DNA of 64,000 nt from Escherichia coli phage NG_S8: sequence record LC788711.1; one strand, written 5' to 3'. Under the pieces are notes generated by a model. That model saw nothing but the letters and a program-made list of their open reading frames with translations, ran no database searches and had not been told where the DNA came from. The position numbers were made by a program, and so were the translations under genes. Positions 47,964 to 58,367 of this stretch are shown one piece after another (position 1 is the stretch's first letter; each line of letters begins with the position of its first letter).

Positions 47964-48487
47964 TATAAGAACCTTGCGAATCCTGATTTAGTTTCAGTCT
48001 TGACTTGTGTCTTTTCTTGAGGATTCTGTAGCTTTTCCTTTTGTTTAAGAACCCATGCCTTCTGCTTATTAGCAGAAAAAAGGGGAGGTTCCTTAGTGTA
48101 CACCTTATGTAATAGTTGGTGATGGTGGACACAAAGGGTAACAGTGTCATCTACTAGCTCATGCCTATATCTTTCATAGAATGCCGTCCTATTTGAGAGG
48201 ACTGTTTCTTCGTCAGTGAAATCCAATTGGAGTTCTTTAGCAAATTTTTTAACTAGTAGAGACACTGTATGGTAATGATGAAGCTCTAATTCTTCACCAC
48301 AACCACAGATTTCGCAGCGATCGGCTTTTTTATATTGACTTTTTATACCGTCTCGCATGAGTGATATAGCATCACGTTTATATTTTACATTTCCTGCCAC
48401 AGTATTCTCCTCAACTGTATGAATATAGTATACATAATCATGTCGAATTTGTAAAGGGGATTTTAAAATGCAGGAATGGGATACCAA
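47963..48487 (-). CDS. HNH-type endonuclease-like protein (start uncertain; TTG 48487 or internal start)
   Basis: Zinc-finger HNH pattern CEICGCGEELELHHYH ... LCVHHHQLLH; between terminase large subunit and portal. Confidence 0.6.
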   Translation of the reverse strand: MVSHSCILKSPLQIRHDYVYYIHTVEENTVAGNVKYKRDAISLMRDGIKSQYKKADRCEICGCGEELELHHYHTVSLLVKKFAKELQLDFTDEETVLSNRTAFYERYRHELVDDTVTLCVHHHQLLHKVYTKEPPLFSANKQKAWVLKQKEKLQNPQEKTQVKTETKSGFARFL

Positions 48488-48514
48488 CTGAGTAGTATCC
48501 CATCCTATACTTAT

Positions 48515-49831
48515 TTATTTCCCACGGGAAATTGAGTAAATTCCATAACGCAGTGCGTCACAAAGGTGAGAGTTTGCATCATGACGTGGTTTTTCACGTG
48601 ATAATTTCTCTTCGCCTTCCTGGAAGTCCCACTTGTAGTTCGCTAGGGCGTGGATCAATGAGGTACATGAAGCATCTACGATAATCTTACCTTGCTGGAA
48701 CAGTGCTTGTAGGCATGCCAGACCATCTAGGACAGATTTCTTAGCAGGAGCAGAAGCGATTTCATGTTCATATGCTAAGTCCTGACGGAACTGAGCAGCA
48801 GCGGAGTCTACAAATATACGATCAACATTATAACGATCTATGCAGTGTTGGATATAAGCAGCGTGTTGAGCTGTAGTCTTTTCAGCTTGCTGATATTCTT
48901 CCAGTACGTAATAAACATCAGTATCATAGTGATACTTGATAGTAAGAACTGCTGTAGGGTCACGATAACCAACGTCGATACCAAGTAATGTTTCGAAAGC
49001 CTCATCATCTTTAAAGAAGTGGCGCATACCTTTGAGGTCTTTAACATGTTCGATAGCATTGAAGGTGTCAAAGATCTGACCTTCGAATACAGAGAAGTCA
49101 GCCTCATATTCTTGACGGAAGTAGTTTTTACTAACAGTACGACGCGCTTCTTCGATATCGTTCAGATCAGCACGTGGGTTATCACGATATGTACCATGAA
49201 TAGATACCCAGTTAGGTAGAGTTTCGTTAAATCCTTTCTCATAGAACTCTTTAAACCAGTTACCACCACGAGGTGTGGAAATAAACAGAGCTTTAGAGTT
49301 TGGCTTATCTAGAGTAGGACGTAACTGAATATCGAAAGCTGCACCACCAACGTCGGAAATCGCTGCTTCGTCAAAAATGATGAAGTCATATGAACGACCA
49401 ACCGCGGAGTCAGCCTGCGCCGCAGAAGCCAGCTTAAAGAGAGAACCATTCGCTAGTTCAATCTCTTTATCTTTTGCGTTCTCACGTTCAGTCTGTAATC
49501 CATACTTCTTAATAAGACCACGAATCTGTGACCAACCTATGTTAGCCAGTGAGTAGTTAGGTGCAACTACCAGCACCTTCACATTGGGTTCCAGAAGTTT
49601 TAGGAACCCAAGTGTATATGCGATGAATGACTTACCTACACGACGTGATACACATGCAGTCACGAAGCGGTGTCTTGGGTCTCCCAGCGCATTAATGATT
49701 GCAATCTGAGGGGCATTAGGTGTAATTCCCTCTTGAGCTAGAATGCTAGAGACTGGCAGACGGAAGAATCGTTTGTCAATACCAAAGTCAATAACATCTG
49801 TGGTGTTAATATAGTCTCTAGAGACTTTCAT
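48515..49831 (-). CDS. terminase large subunit (438 aa)
   Basis: Walker A-like segment VSRRVGKSF; C-terminal nuclease-like acidic residues; length equals T5 TerL. Confidence 0.85.
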   Translation of the reverse strand: MKVSRDYINTTDVIDFGIDKRFFRLPVSSILAQEGITPNAPQIAIINALGDPRHRFVTACVSRRVGKSFIAYTLGFLKLLEPNVKVLVVAPNYSLANIGWSQIRGLIKKYGLQTERENAKDKEIELANGSLFKLASAAQADSAVGRSYDFIIFDEAAISDVGGAAFDIQLRPTLDKPNSKALFISTPRGGNWFKEFYEKGFNETLPNWVSIHGTYRDNPRADLNDIEEARRTVSKNYFRQEYEADFSVFEGQIFDTFNAIEHVKDLKGMRHFFKDDEAFETLLGIDVGYRDPTAVLTIKYHYDTDVYYVLEEYQQAEKTTAQHAAYIQHCIDRYNVDRIFVDSAAAQFRQDLAYEHEIASAPAKKSVLDGLACLQALFQQGKIIVDASCTSLIHALANYKWDFQEGEEKLSREKPRHDANSHLCDALRYGIYSISRGK

Positions 49832-50313
49832 TATCTCTTACCTCCTCCTGCTAGAGCGGTAATAAGATTCATATAGTTTTCGTCACCACTTCCAGCAATA
49901 ATATTATTCTGAATATTAGTCTGGTTAGCCGGAGTACGGGCTGCTGCCTTCACTTTCTCCAGTTCTACCATCATTTTCATTTCTTCCATCTTCATCTTGT
50001 GCGCCTTCCAGAGAATATCCATGATATCCTGGTCAGAACCCATGCCAGTTTCTTCGAGTTCTTCCAACTTGCGCTTGATAACTTCATCAAGAACTCCGAA
50101 TAAGCGGTCACGATTACGGAAGCCGCTTTCCATAAAGATATCGTTAAGATAGTTTTTAACTTCCCCACGATTCATTATATCACGGAATGCAATCTCGGAC
50201 ATTCCAAGACTACGAGCGGCGGCAGGAACATCACTACCGCACTGTAAATAGGCTTCAATAACATCCATGCCTTCGGGAGACATGAGATCGGGAACTAATA
50301 CATCATTTGCCAT
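49831..50313 (-). CDS. terminase small subunit (160 aa)
   Basis: N-terminal HTH-like DNA-binding region; immediately upstream of and coupled to TerL. Confidence 0.65.
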   Translation of the reverse strand: MANDVLVPDLMSPEGMDVIEAYLQCGSDVPAAARSLGMSEIAFRDIMNRGEVKNYLNDIFMESGFRNRDRLFGVLDEVIKRKLEELEETGMGSDQDIMDILWKAHKMKMEEMKMMVELEKVKAAARTPANQTNIQNNIIAGSGDENYMNLITALAGGGKR

Positions 50314-50323
50314 ATATCCTCCT

Positions 50324-52105
50324 TTAGGTTAGGCGTTGAACTGTTACACGTAGTCTTGGCAAGAAAACAGCTGCCGCTTCTGCAGCGTGAATGATAACAC
50401 CCAACTCAACGTTGCCATTACCAAGGTTTTTAATAGTATAAATATATCCGTTCCTACGGAAAGCAAACTCATCAGGCCTACTAGCCCAAGTTTGTGTATA
50501 ACTATAGGAAGTTGTACTGTGATAAGGTACTAGATATCCAGGTGGCAGAGTAAGAATCTGGTGGAATACACCATCACCAGCTGTATAACTTTGTTGACGT
50601 CTACCCTGTACCTGCCAAGCGCTACCGCCGTAAGTACGCACAGGCATTCCAGCAGTATTAAGATTACCCATAATAACTTCAGTAGTTAATATAACAGTAG
50701 AGTGAGCATTTGGTAATCCCAACCAAACTGTGGCCAAAGGTGTGTAGAAGTCACCAGCACCAGGGTAGGATGGAGTTATATCGTCCCCTACATAAGTACT
50801 TGCAACGTTGCCTGGGAATAACCTGAGGGGTACAGTACTAGGACTCCACACAGGTCCATGTTCATTACCAATGGAGTTGGTATTAGTATCTACATACCAT
50901 TGTTTACCTACACCAAATTTATATAAGCTAATTTGAGAAGCTGCACCACCATAGTTAACAGGAGACCACAACCCGCCATTACTAGAGCCGATAAATTCAC
51001 ATCGTGCAGTATTATCACCAAAAACTCCGGTATACGCAGCGTTATTACCAACATACTCCATATCAGGGCGATAGCCTAAGTTTCCGAAAGCATTCTGGTT
51101 AATGAATTTATATCCTGTATTTGGTAAACTAACACCTTTAATAGTAAAGTTAGATGGAGATATTAGGATATCTGAACCGGTAAATGGATTACCAGAAACT
51201 CCCATACTACCATTAGAATAGCGCAGATTTAGCACATACCAAATAACCTTAGTTGGCGTAACGTTATACCAGTCCTGTACATATACCTTTCTAGCAGACT
51301 GAGCAGCCATATTAGAAGTAGAACCTCTACAAACATATATTTTTTCTGGGTATGCAGGAGATTGGTAAAGAACGTTTACGTTATCTGGTAGTACGCCTTT
51401 TTTACCTGCGAAGCCACGAATATTAGAACTACAAACATAAAACCAATCATGGCCTCTACCAGCAGAACCAATAGGCGCCTGCCAGTTAGGTTCCCAATAA
51501 TCTGCGTTACCACCATCTAAAGGAACAGTAGAGACACCAGTTGGAAAACCCATAAGACTCCAGGCTCTGGAAATAGCTTCACCTGCGGAAACACCACCAG
51601 GTCTAAAGATCTGGAAACCGGAAGATTGTAGCAAAGTACCGCCAGTTCCTTGTCTAGCAATAGATTCCTCATGACCTAGGCTACCATTATAAATATAGGT
51701 ACCATGAGCTAAACTATCACCGATTGCAAAGGCAGATGTTATTGCCAATTCAGCACCAGCACGTGGTTGGTCTTCAAAGAATGTTAAAAACTGGCCAACC
51801 TGAGATTGTGTACCATTAAGGAAACCCCTATGAGTACCGTTTATCTCAATAGCAGTTAGTATAACTCTACCAGGATCATTGGATTTAATATTTATAATAT
51901 CCCAAGGCATTTGACATACAAAATACCCATTGCCTGCATCACCTAGAGCGGCCTCGTAAGTCCCATCAACTAGGACAAATGGCATATCTGAGTGGAAGAT
52001 ACTATTAGTATTTGGAGAGTAGTGCTGATTTATATCACCACCATTAGCAGCGTTTAGAGATAATACAGTTTTACCATCACTAAATTTTCCTGCGAAAAAA
52101 CTCAT
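50324..52105 (-). CDS. receptor-binding tail protein (pb5-like, 593 aa)
   Basis: Position beside divergent lipoprotein gene as in T5 oad/llp; Gly/Asn/Tyr-rich beta-type composition; RBS AAGGAG. Confidence 0.65.
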   Translation of the reverse strand: MSFFAGKFSDGKTVLSLNAANGGDINQHYSPNTNSIFHSDMPFVLVDGTYEAALGDAGNGYFVCQMPWDIINIKSNDPGRVILTAIEINGTHRGFLNGTQSQVGQFLTFFEDQPRAGAELAITSAFAIGDSLAHGTYIYNGSLGHEESIARQGTGGTLLQSSGFQIFRPGGVSAGEAISRAWSLMGFPTGVSTVPLDGGNADYWEPNWQAPIGSAGRGHDWFYVCSSNIRGFAGKKGVLPDNVNVLYQSPAYPEKIYVCRGSTSNMAAQSARKVYVQDWYNVTPTKVIWYVLNLRYSNGSMGVSGNPFTGSDILISPSNFTIKGVSLPNTGYKFINQNAFGNLGYRPDMEYVGNNAAYTGVFGDNTARCEFIGSSNGGLWSPVNYGGAASQISLYKFGVGKQWYVDTNTNSIGNEHGPVWSPSTVPLRLFPGNVASTYVGDDITPSYPGAGDFYTPLATVWLGLPNAHSTVILTTEVIMGNLNTAGMPVRTYGGSAWQVQGRRQQSYTAGDGVFHQILTLPPGYLVPYHSTTSYSYTQTWASRPDEFAFRRNGYIYTIKNLGNGNVELGVIIHAAEAAAVFLPRLRVTVQRLT

Positions 52106-52130
52106 ACAATCTCCTTCTTTAAAAATGTAT

Positions 52131-52159
52131 TTGCTTAGATCCCTCTATTTTGCTATAAT
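52131..52159 (+). promoter_or_regulatory. promoter of lipoprotein (llp-like) gene
   Basis: -35 TTGCTT 52131-52136, 17-bp spacer, -10 TATAAT 52154-52159. Confidence 0.6.
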
Positions 52160-52188
52160 ATATTTATAAATTAAACAGAGGAACGATT

Positions 52189-52455
52189 ATGAAAAAGTTA
52201 CTAGCCATCGTAGTTGCAGCAGTAGTGTTGACGGGTTGTGTGCCAGCTCCCGAGCCATTTTGTAAGGCATATGTGAAGTCTTATGGTCATGTTGGTGAAG
52301 AACACTATGCTTTAGATATTCGAGAAGCACGTACTGTGGGCTACCGATTCCCTAAAACTCAGTTACGCACTAAGTTTGGGTGGTGGGATTTGTCACAGTT
52401 TGATCTCAAATATGGCGATTGCAAATTTAAACTAGAACGATCTGGTCACTTGTAA
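52189..52455 (+). CDS. llp: lipoprotein, Llp-like receptor-blocking candidate (88 aa)
   Basis: Signal peptide MKKLLAIVVAAVVLTGC with lipobox LTGC; own extended -10 promoter; divergent from receptor-binding gene. Confidence 0.75.
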   Translation: MKKLLAIVVAAVVLTGCVPAPEPFCKAYVKSYGHVGEEHYALDIREARTVGYRFPKTQLRTKFGWWDLSQFDLKYGDCKFKLERSGHL

Positions 52456-52784
52456 TTAGTATAAAGTAAAAAGATCTCGAAGTAAACAAAAATTTTTATT
52501 TCTGGGATGAGGTACAGGTAGCAAACACAATGCAAGATGAAGAAAAGTCCTTTCAGGAACCTGTTAACTTTGATATAAATCCCAGGAATAAAAAGCAATA
52601 CATGATGCAATTGATGAAATCATTCAAGACGTCATAGAAGATACAATAGAAGACGTGATGGGAACATCCTTCTTACTAGAAGAATCCGGCTTCGATGAAG
52701 TAATGGATCTTATCGGGACAGTCATAATGGTTCGTGCAATTGCTAGGATATTCCAAATACCAGGACTACAGGAGAAGCAAAGAG

Positions 52785-52919
52785 ATGTCAGACGACAACA
52801 GAAGAAAGAACAGGCGCGGGGAAGTGTACGAAAGTTGGATAAATAGTTTCGGATTCGGGACTGTATTATTCTTTATCTTTGTACTCTTTTGGTTAGCGGC
52901 TATGGCGGGGTGGTTATAA
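52785..52919 (+). CDS. small membrane protein (44 aa), C-terminal TM
   Basis: ATG after AGGAG; hydrophobic C-terminus FGFGTVLFFIFVLFWLAAMAGWL. Confidence 0.4.
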   Translation: MSDDNRRKNRRGEVYESWINSFGFGTVLFFIFVLFWLAAMAGWL

Positions 52920-53024
52920 TGGAAGTAGTAATTATTGCTTTACTAGTTGTGGTAATTATCGGGCAGTGCATCTTAGACAACCACTTAGCTCGTATCGAAC
53001 GTAAGCTGCGGGGAGACAAATAAT
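52920..53024 (+). CDS. small membrane protein (34 aa), N-terminal TM
   Basis: TAATG coupling to previous ORF; EVVIIALLVVVIIG hydrophobic segment. Confidence 0.4.
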
Positions 53025-53217
53025 GGATTGGTTAGGACTTATTACACTTGTAGTATGGCTTGTCTGGATTGTTGGATATATGACTTCACATCGTAACCGT
53101 ATACAGCGGCTAGAGGATAAAGTCACCCAGCTTAATATTAATATGGATAAGTTACTGGACTCCCAACGTAATGATCGGGCACGTATTCACCAACTTGAGA
53201 GGGAATTAGATGTTTAG
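53023..53217 (+). CDS. small membrane protein (64 aa), N-terminal TM plus charged helical tail
   Basis: TAATG coupling; LGLITLVVWLVWIVGY hydrophobic segment then heptad-like charged region. Confidence 0.5.
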   Translation: MDWLGLITLVVWLVWIVGYMTSHRNRIQRLEDKVTQLNINMDKLLDSQRNDRARIHQLERELDV

Positions 53218-53455
53218 CTTTGTAGCTATCTTCATTATCGGGGTGCTTGCGGGAATCTTCGGAACACTCGGGGCTATTAACAAGCATCGTGAATACGTTG
53301 CGGGAGTATCGCGGGAGCTTTCGGAAAGGGAGCGGAAGTTTGCGGAGAAACGTGCGGAGTTTGAGCGAGAGTGGTCGGATGGATCTCGGGCGTCGCAGAG
53401 GAGGTTTCGTATGTCAGAATCAGGAGACAAGCCAGTAGACCGGTGTTCTTCCTAA
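53210..53455 (+). CDS. small membrane protein (81 aa), N-terminal TM plus Arg/Glu-rich tail
   Basis: Overlapping start; FSFVAIFIIGVLAGIFGTLGAI hydrophobic segment. Confidence 0.5.
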   Translation: MFSFVAIFIIGVLAGIFGTLGAINKHREYVAGVSRELSERERKFAEKRAEFEREWSDGSRASQRRFRMSESGDKPVDRCSS

Positions 53456-53567
53456 GTTAGCGCTAATTACCAATTCTCGAAATTTCATAAGATTACACAT
53501 GAAGGTGTGCCCAGAGGTTCCCTAGATGAGAATGAGTCTCATTACCGCCCCGGTACTTAGCAAGCTA

Positions 53568-53614
53568 ATAGTCACACTATGTTATCATCACATAGTGTGA
53601 CTATTTTATTTTTA
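53568..53614 (+). terminator. rho-independent terminator closing the llp / small-membrane-protein unit
   Basis: Perfect 14-bp stem ATAGTCACACTATG/CATAGTGTGACTAT then TTTTATTTTTAA. Confidence 0.7.
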
Positions 53615-53618
53615 ATTG

Positions 53619-54353
53619 TTATGCAACTTTTAATTTATCAATGAATTGTTGCGGGCTGCAACTATATTCCGCGCGTTCTTCCTCGGTCATACCTTCCCAA
53701 CACATTTTTAAACGTTCGGCTAGGAATTGATAATCGTTATCATCATCAAGCGATTCATCAATAAAGGTTTCACCGATCAATGTTACGCCGATTGATAGGA
53801 TATCGTTAACGGCTTGAGCGTCCAGCGTTTTAAATCCAGCACTTGCCGCCGCTGATAATACACCTTTATGATCATCAATCATCATAAAATCAGCGTTAGG
53901 ATATAGCTGTTTAAACAGTTCAAAGTAATAAGACTTATATACAGCGTCTTTGCTGTGATATATTTCGCTAACCTTATCCGCTTCAAAGTATTTGTGCAGT
54001 GTATCGCGGGAAAATACGCGGATATTACTATTTCCGCGCCCTCGCAGCCCTTGTTTGCGTAAATAAAAGTAATCGCTTTTAGACATAAGGCGAGCGGTAC
54101 AAATAATGTTTAAAGTATTTGCATCATTCATACACTGGCGCATATATTCAACCAACGGCAATAAAGAATCCTGCATAATTAAATCATGTTTACAGGCTCC
54201 GCGTGAATACTTATTTAAATTTAAATTCCCGTTATCATCAAAGCAAGGCGCTACACGGTGGAAAGAATTAATGATAGTTCCGTCTAAGTCCCAAATCATA
54301 ACGCGGGAAATATGCGGGAAAGCGCGGGCAATATTCAAGGTTACTTGATTCAT
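53619..54353 (-). CDS. HAD-superfamily phosphatase (dmp-like 5'-deoxyribonucleotidase candidate, 244 aa)
   Basis: N-terminal MIWDLDGTIINSF (HAD motif I DxDGT); size matches T5 dmp. Confidence 0.6.
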   Translation of the reverse strand: MNQVTLNIARAFPHISRVMIWDLDGTIINSFHRVAPCFDDNGNLNLNKYSRGACKHDLIMQDSLLPLVEYMRQCMNDANTLNIICTARLMSKSDYFYLRKQGLRGRGNSNIRVFSRDTLHKYFEADKVSEIYHSKDAVYKSYYFELFKQLYPNADFMMIDDHKGVLSAAASAGFKTLDAQAVNDILSIGVTLIGETFIDESLDDDNDYQFLAERLKMCWEGMTEEERAEYSCSPQQFIDKLKVA

Positions 54354-54440
54354 TTGTTACATTCTCCATTTAAGGGATTTAGGTTAATTCAATCTTGCCA
54401 GCTAATTATATTGGATTAGCTGGCAATGTTCAATTAACTA

Positions 54441-54833
54441 TTAGTTAGTGAGGCCATACGCTAGCGCGTCACCGATAAAGCTAAGATCTTCACCATGTAC
54501 GCTAGAACGAATTCCCGCGCAAGTGTAAACCATTGCGCTAGCTTCTGGATTGCAGACCGGACACGGCTTAACAACTGCAAACGCTAGACCGGATTTAAGC
54601 GCATCAATAATAATTGTTTGCACTGTCAAAGTATCAGCGTAAACGCCTTTTGCTTTTGTATGGCTTGCCACTTTGCCGGTATCATAAGCAAAGGTAGTAA
54701 CCTGCAAAGCGTCGTTATAATTCAGCAAATCGAAATTAACTTGCCCCGCCTCGACGTGATAACGTTCGCCATTAGAATAAACTAGAACGATGGAAGAAGT
54801 AGCGCGGTCAAAAGGAATGTTTTGGTTTTTCAT
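54441..54833 (-). CDS. hypothetical protein (130 aa)
   Basis: ORF in pre-early-like block. Confidence 0.5.
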   Translation of the reverse strand: MKNQNIPFDRATSSIVLVYSNGERYHVEAGQVNFDLLNYNDALQVTTFAYDTGKVASHTKAKGVYADTLTVQTIIIDALKSGLAFAVVKPCPVCNPEASAMVYTCAGIRSSVHGEDLSFIGDALAYGLTN

Positions 54834-54865
54834 GTTTATGACTCCAGATTATTTAATTACGGGAT

Positions 54866-55144
54866 TTATTGAAAAAATACATTTAAAGATAAATCAGTTT
54901 TACGAAAATATGTTTCGTCGCCGTCTTTCCTTTCTTGATTAAGGTAATCGCCTGTCATTACCTGAATAGAATCTTTTCCGAAAAAGATCATATTTTCGCC
55001 AATATTACTATCCCATACGGCGTACATTCCCGCGTACATTCCACGGGTAACTAAATAAACGCAACTATCAAAAGACATTTCCGACCATGCAATATCTTCT
55101 AAACAATTGCTATCAGGGATAGATATATTAATTTTACTAGCCAT
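54866..55144 (-). CDS. hypothetical protein (92 aa)
   Basis: ORF in pre-early-like block. Confidence 0.45.
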   Translation of the reverse strand: MASKINISIPDSNCLEDIAWSEMSFDSCVYLVTRGMYAGMYAVWDSNIGENMIFFGKDSIQVMTGDYLNQERKDGDETYFRKTDLSLNVFFQ

Positions 55145-55196
55145 TTAATAAACCTTTTATTAATGGCGGTATATTTCAACCGCCGATTAAGTTTAA

Positions 55197-56864
55197 TTAT
55201 GCAAAGAATTTACCGTTTTTGAAATCAATCAAAGTACGTTGCCCGTTTGCATAGGTAATTAAATGCGTTTGCGTCCAGCTACTAGCGCCAACGTTGTAGC
55301 CCATATCAAGCGACCCCGCCACGCCAGCGGTATAAACGCCGCCGTATATGCTAGCCGTGTGAGTATGGCCAGTGTTGAGGCGTCCCAACTTTTTAAACTG
55401 CTTAGGATTGCCCCGACTGCCATTAATGCCATTGTGACCATGTACGCCGCATTCAATGCCAGCGATTTTAAACGACTGGTCAGTAGTCAGGAAAATAGCG
55501 TTAAATTCGCAACCTGCGACACTACGCAAGGCGTAATCTAGCACGTTAAAGGTATCATCCTTTTCAGCAATAGCGGCGTATATAGCAGCGTTTAGACGGT
55601 GATACAATTCCGCGTTTGCGGGATCGTCTTTAATGTTAGCGTTACGATCATCTAACCAGCGGGATAAAGCTAAATCATGGTTAGATTCAACAATGATTGT
55701 TTGAGAGAAATCACGTTCCATAGATTCTAATACGCGTCCAGTATCGATAAGATCATCAATAACTTTATCACGTCCGGCGGCGTATTGTTTCGCAAGGAAT
55801 ACACCACTAGCGCGGTTATGATGGTTACGCGATGTAAAATCATGCACGTCATGAATAAATTGATATTTCGGTTTAAGAATATCAAGCAAGCTGTTTTCAC
55901 TAGCCCATGATGCAACGGCGCATTCATCATCTAATTTTTCGGCGTGAATATCGCCATATTGCAAGCCTAGAACATGATCGGACGTTTCAAAACATCCGGT
56001 AGGCATAGCGCAAACATTCAAATCATAGAACATTCCGCTTTCATCCATTGTTTCAAGCTGGCGGCAATAAAATTCCCCGTCGTCGTCAAATTCTACCAGC
56101 AAAGCGCCGAAATTATGCAGAGCCTCAGCTTTTTGACCTGCTTTCTGCTGAATGTAGTTTTTAAGCGTAGCCGTTCCGGTTGAATACATACGGCGCACTA
56201 CTTCACCTTTTAACGCTGGTACACTTTCAGCGGTAATTTTTGCCGCACCAATTGCCAGACCTTCAATATTTAAAGCCGTGGCGGTTTCTGCGAATCCTGT
56301 AAGCGGATAATCTGCCGTTGGTAATACGTTAATTTCAGACATGAAAGCAAAGCGGCGATTATTCAGGAAAACATTTTTATCACAGATATATTTATCAAAT
56401 GCGGGATCGTATTTAATTTTTTCTTTGCTGCCGTCGCCGTTCTGGAATCCATTTTTATTGTAAATGAATTTACTAACCAGCAATTCACCGCCGATATATT
56501 CAGCGAATTTTTCCAGACTTGCTAAAAAGTTTTTATGCGGGAAAGTATTATTTTGAATCGACGTTAGAATAAAACGGCGACCGGATTTAACTTCCCATTG
56601 TTCAATGGTACTAGAAACAATTCCCGCCGCTTCTGGGCGATCATCATTTTTAATCGCCTTTTCAGCTTTTGCCGCTTTCGGTTTAGCTGGCTTATTTGCT
56701 TCCAACCAGTCGCAAATTGCGGTTGAATGTTTCGTTGTATCGTAAACAGCTTTTGATATATCGTCGCAAACTTCCAGCTTAGTAGCGCGTAAACGTTTAC
56801 CGTAGAAATTAAAATCAGCGGCAAGTTTAACGATCTGGGCTTGTTTTTCTGCGGAAATATTCAT
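55197..56864 (-). CDS. A1-like pre-early protein, calcineurin-like metallophosphoesterase/nuclease (555 aa)
   Basis: Motifs GDIHAE, GHNG, GHTHT; size about that of T5 A1 (556 aa); upstream neighbour is A2-sized ORF. Confidence 0.65.
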   Translation of the reverse strand: MNISAEKQAQIVKLAADFNFYGKRLRATKLEVCDDISKAVYDTTKHSTAICDWLEANKPAKPKAAKAEKAIKNDDRPEAAGIVSSTIEQWEVKSGRRFILTSIQNNTFPHKNFLASLEKFAEYIGGELLVSKFIYNKNGFQNGDGSKEKIKYDPAFDKYICDKNVFLNNRRFAFMSEINVLPTADYPLTGFAETATALNIEGLAIGAAKITAESVPALKGEVVRRMYSTGTATLKNYIQQKAGQKAEALHNFGALLVEFDDDGEFYCRQLETMDESGMFYDLNVCAMPTGCFETSDHVLGLQYGDIHAEKLDDECAVASWASENSLLDILKPKYQFIHDVHDFTSRNHHNRASGVFLAKQYAAGRDKVIDDLIDTGRVLESMERDFSQTIIVESNHDLALSRWLDDRNANIKDDPANAELYHRLNAAIYAAIAEKDDTFNVLDYALRSVAGCEFNAIFLTTDQSFKIAGIECGVHGHNGINGSRGNPKQFKKLGRLNTGHTHTASIYGGVYTAGVAGSLDMGYNVGASSWTQTHLITYANGQRTLIDFKNGKFFA

Positions 56865-56973
56865 AACTAATTCAACTCCTATAAAGGGATAAATATTAAT
56901 ACTGGCAATATTGCCAAATATAACGCCTTGCCTGAAGTGAGGACAATTTAAAAGGCGTTATAATTTGCAACAT

Positions 56974-57198
56974 TTAATTAAGCGGCATTAAACTAGAACA
57001 AAAGCCAAATACAATGCCAATTGTAAGAAAGATAATTGACAGATATTTTTGAATGTTCGCGTTTTTGCGGAAATTATTTGCGGCGTAAACGTTATTAATT
57101 CCAATTATTGCCAGAATTGACCTCGTATAATTCAGAATAAAAGCGGCGGCAATAATAAATAAACCTAAAATAAACGCTTCGTTAGGATAAAAGATCAA
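56974..57198 (-). CDS. small two-TM membrane protein (74 aa)
   Basis: TTG start after AAAGGAG; two hydrophobic segments. Confidence 0.45.
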   Translation of the reverse strand: MIFYPNEAFILGLFIIAAAFILNYTRSILAIIGINNVYAANNFRKNANIQKYLSIIFLTIGIVFGFCSSLMPLN

Positions 57199-57248
57199 GA
57201 TTATTCTCCTTTAAGGGTTAGCGGGGAATATTCCCCGCTAGTTAAAAT

Positions 57249-57665
57249 TTATTCACCTGCGGCCTGTTTTACTTCCTCCGCTACGCCTAACAATTGCGCT
57301 ACAGCTTCCAGCGTTTCAAGTTTTGCACTTTCCAGACTTGCCAGATCGTCGGCGTCTTTAATAACGCCAGCGTCAATGGCATGTTTAGCCATAACGCGCA
57401 CATAGTGAGCTTTACGGACACTAGACCCGCCGCCAACTTTACGCGGTTTATCGCTTTTCTGGTATGCTTTTGCGCTTGTCAGTTTAGAACGTACAGAAAC
57501 AGGACTTGCAGCGCCAACGGCGGCGGCAATTTCTTTCAGGCCGTCACTGTTAGCAAATTCAATTCCGCTTTTAGCGACCATTTCAGAATACATAGAAACA
57601 GCTTTTTCGGTGTTTTCTTCGTTCCAAGAGAATTTTGCGGTTTTTTCGGTTTTAACGTTAGACAT
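57249..57665 (-). CDS. A2-like pre-early DNA-binding protein candidate (138 aa)
   Basis: Size and position upstream of A1-like gene; RBS GGAG. Confidence 0.5.
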   Translation of the reverse strand: MSNVKTEKTAKFSWNEENTEKAVSMYSEMVAKSGIEFANSDGLKEIAAAVGAASPVSVRSKLTSAKAYQKSDKPRKVGGGSSVRKAHYVRVMAKHAIDAGVIKDADDLASLESAKLETLEAVAQLLGVAEEVKQAAGE

Positions 57666-57951
57666 AATTTAATACTCCATTCAATTATTAATTAAGGGAT
57701 TATGATTAACTAAATGTTAATCGCTATATATTCTATTAGCTAGAATATATAACGGAAACATTTTATTTTTATTTCCAGTTTCAAGCGGTTTATTAATTCC
57801 CGAATATATTTATATTCTCACCTTATCCGGCTTGCCAGAGAATTAATAAGGCAACATTGTATTTATACGCTGTTTATTATTCCGTTCACGCTAGGAATAT
57901 TTCGAGTTATCTTTATTGCCTAACTAAGCATGATATGTAAGGCGCATTAAT

Positions 57952-58203
57952 TTATGCGATAGCTTGCCATTTATCATCTTTCTGAATGATTTTTACAACG
58001 TCGCCAGATTTAACACGGACGTTATAAATAGGCTTGCCGTGGTTACTGCGTTCCGTTTCCGCATAGACCGCTTCAATCTTATCAAAGGGATCAAGCGCCG
58101 CACCTTTAATACGTTCGGCTTTTCCGGTTAATTCATCCGTTTTAGTTACAAAAGGAATGAATACAGATTGACCTACTTTCGGCGCGGTAATAACGTTTTG
58201 CAT
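57952..58203 (-). CDS. hypothetical protein (83 aa)
   Basis: ORF in pre-early-like block. Confidence 0.5.
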   Translation of the reverse strand: MQNVITAPKVGQSVFIPFVTKTDELTGKAERIKGAALDPFDKIEAVYAETERSNHGKPIYNVRVKSGDVVKIIQKDDKWQAIA

Positions 58204-58334
58204 TTTTAATACTCCGGTTTATTGGGGATTATTCCACAATAGCGCCTCGATACTTTGAAACGCTATTAGATTATAATCCGCTAGGAGTTAGCCTAAACAT
58301 TACCGTTACCCAAATTTTTAAAGAGCAGTTACTA

Positions 58335-58360
58335 CAGGGAACATCTTAAAACCTATCGGC
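58335..58360. repeat. left copy of 26-bp inverted repeat (CAGGGAACATCTTAAAACCTATCGGC)
   Basis: Reverse complement matches 58620-58646 at 24/26 positions. Confidence 0.8.
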
Positions 58361-58367
58361 TAGCGTG

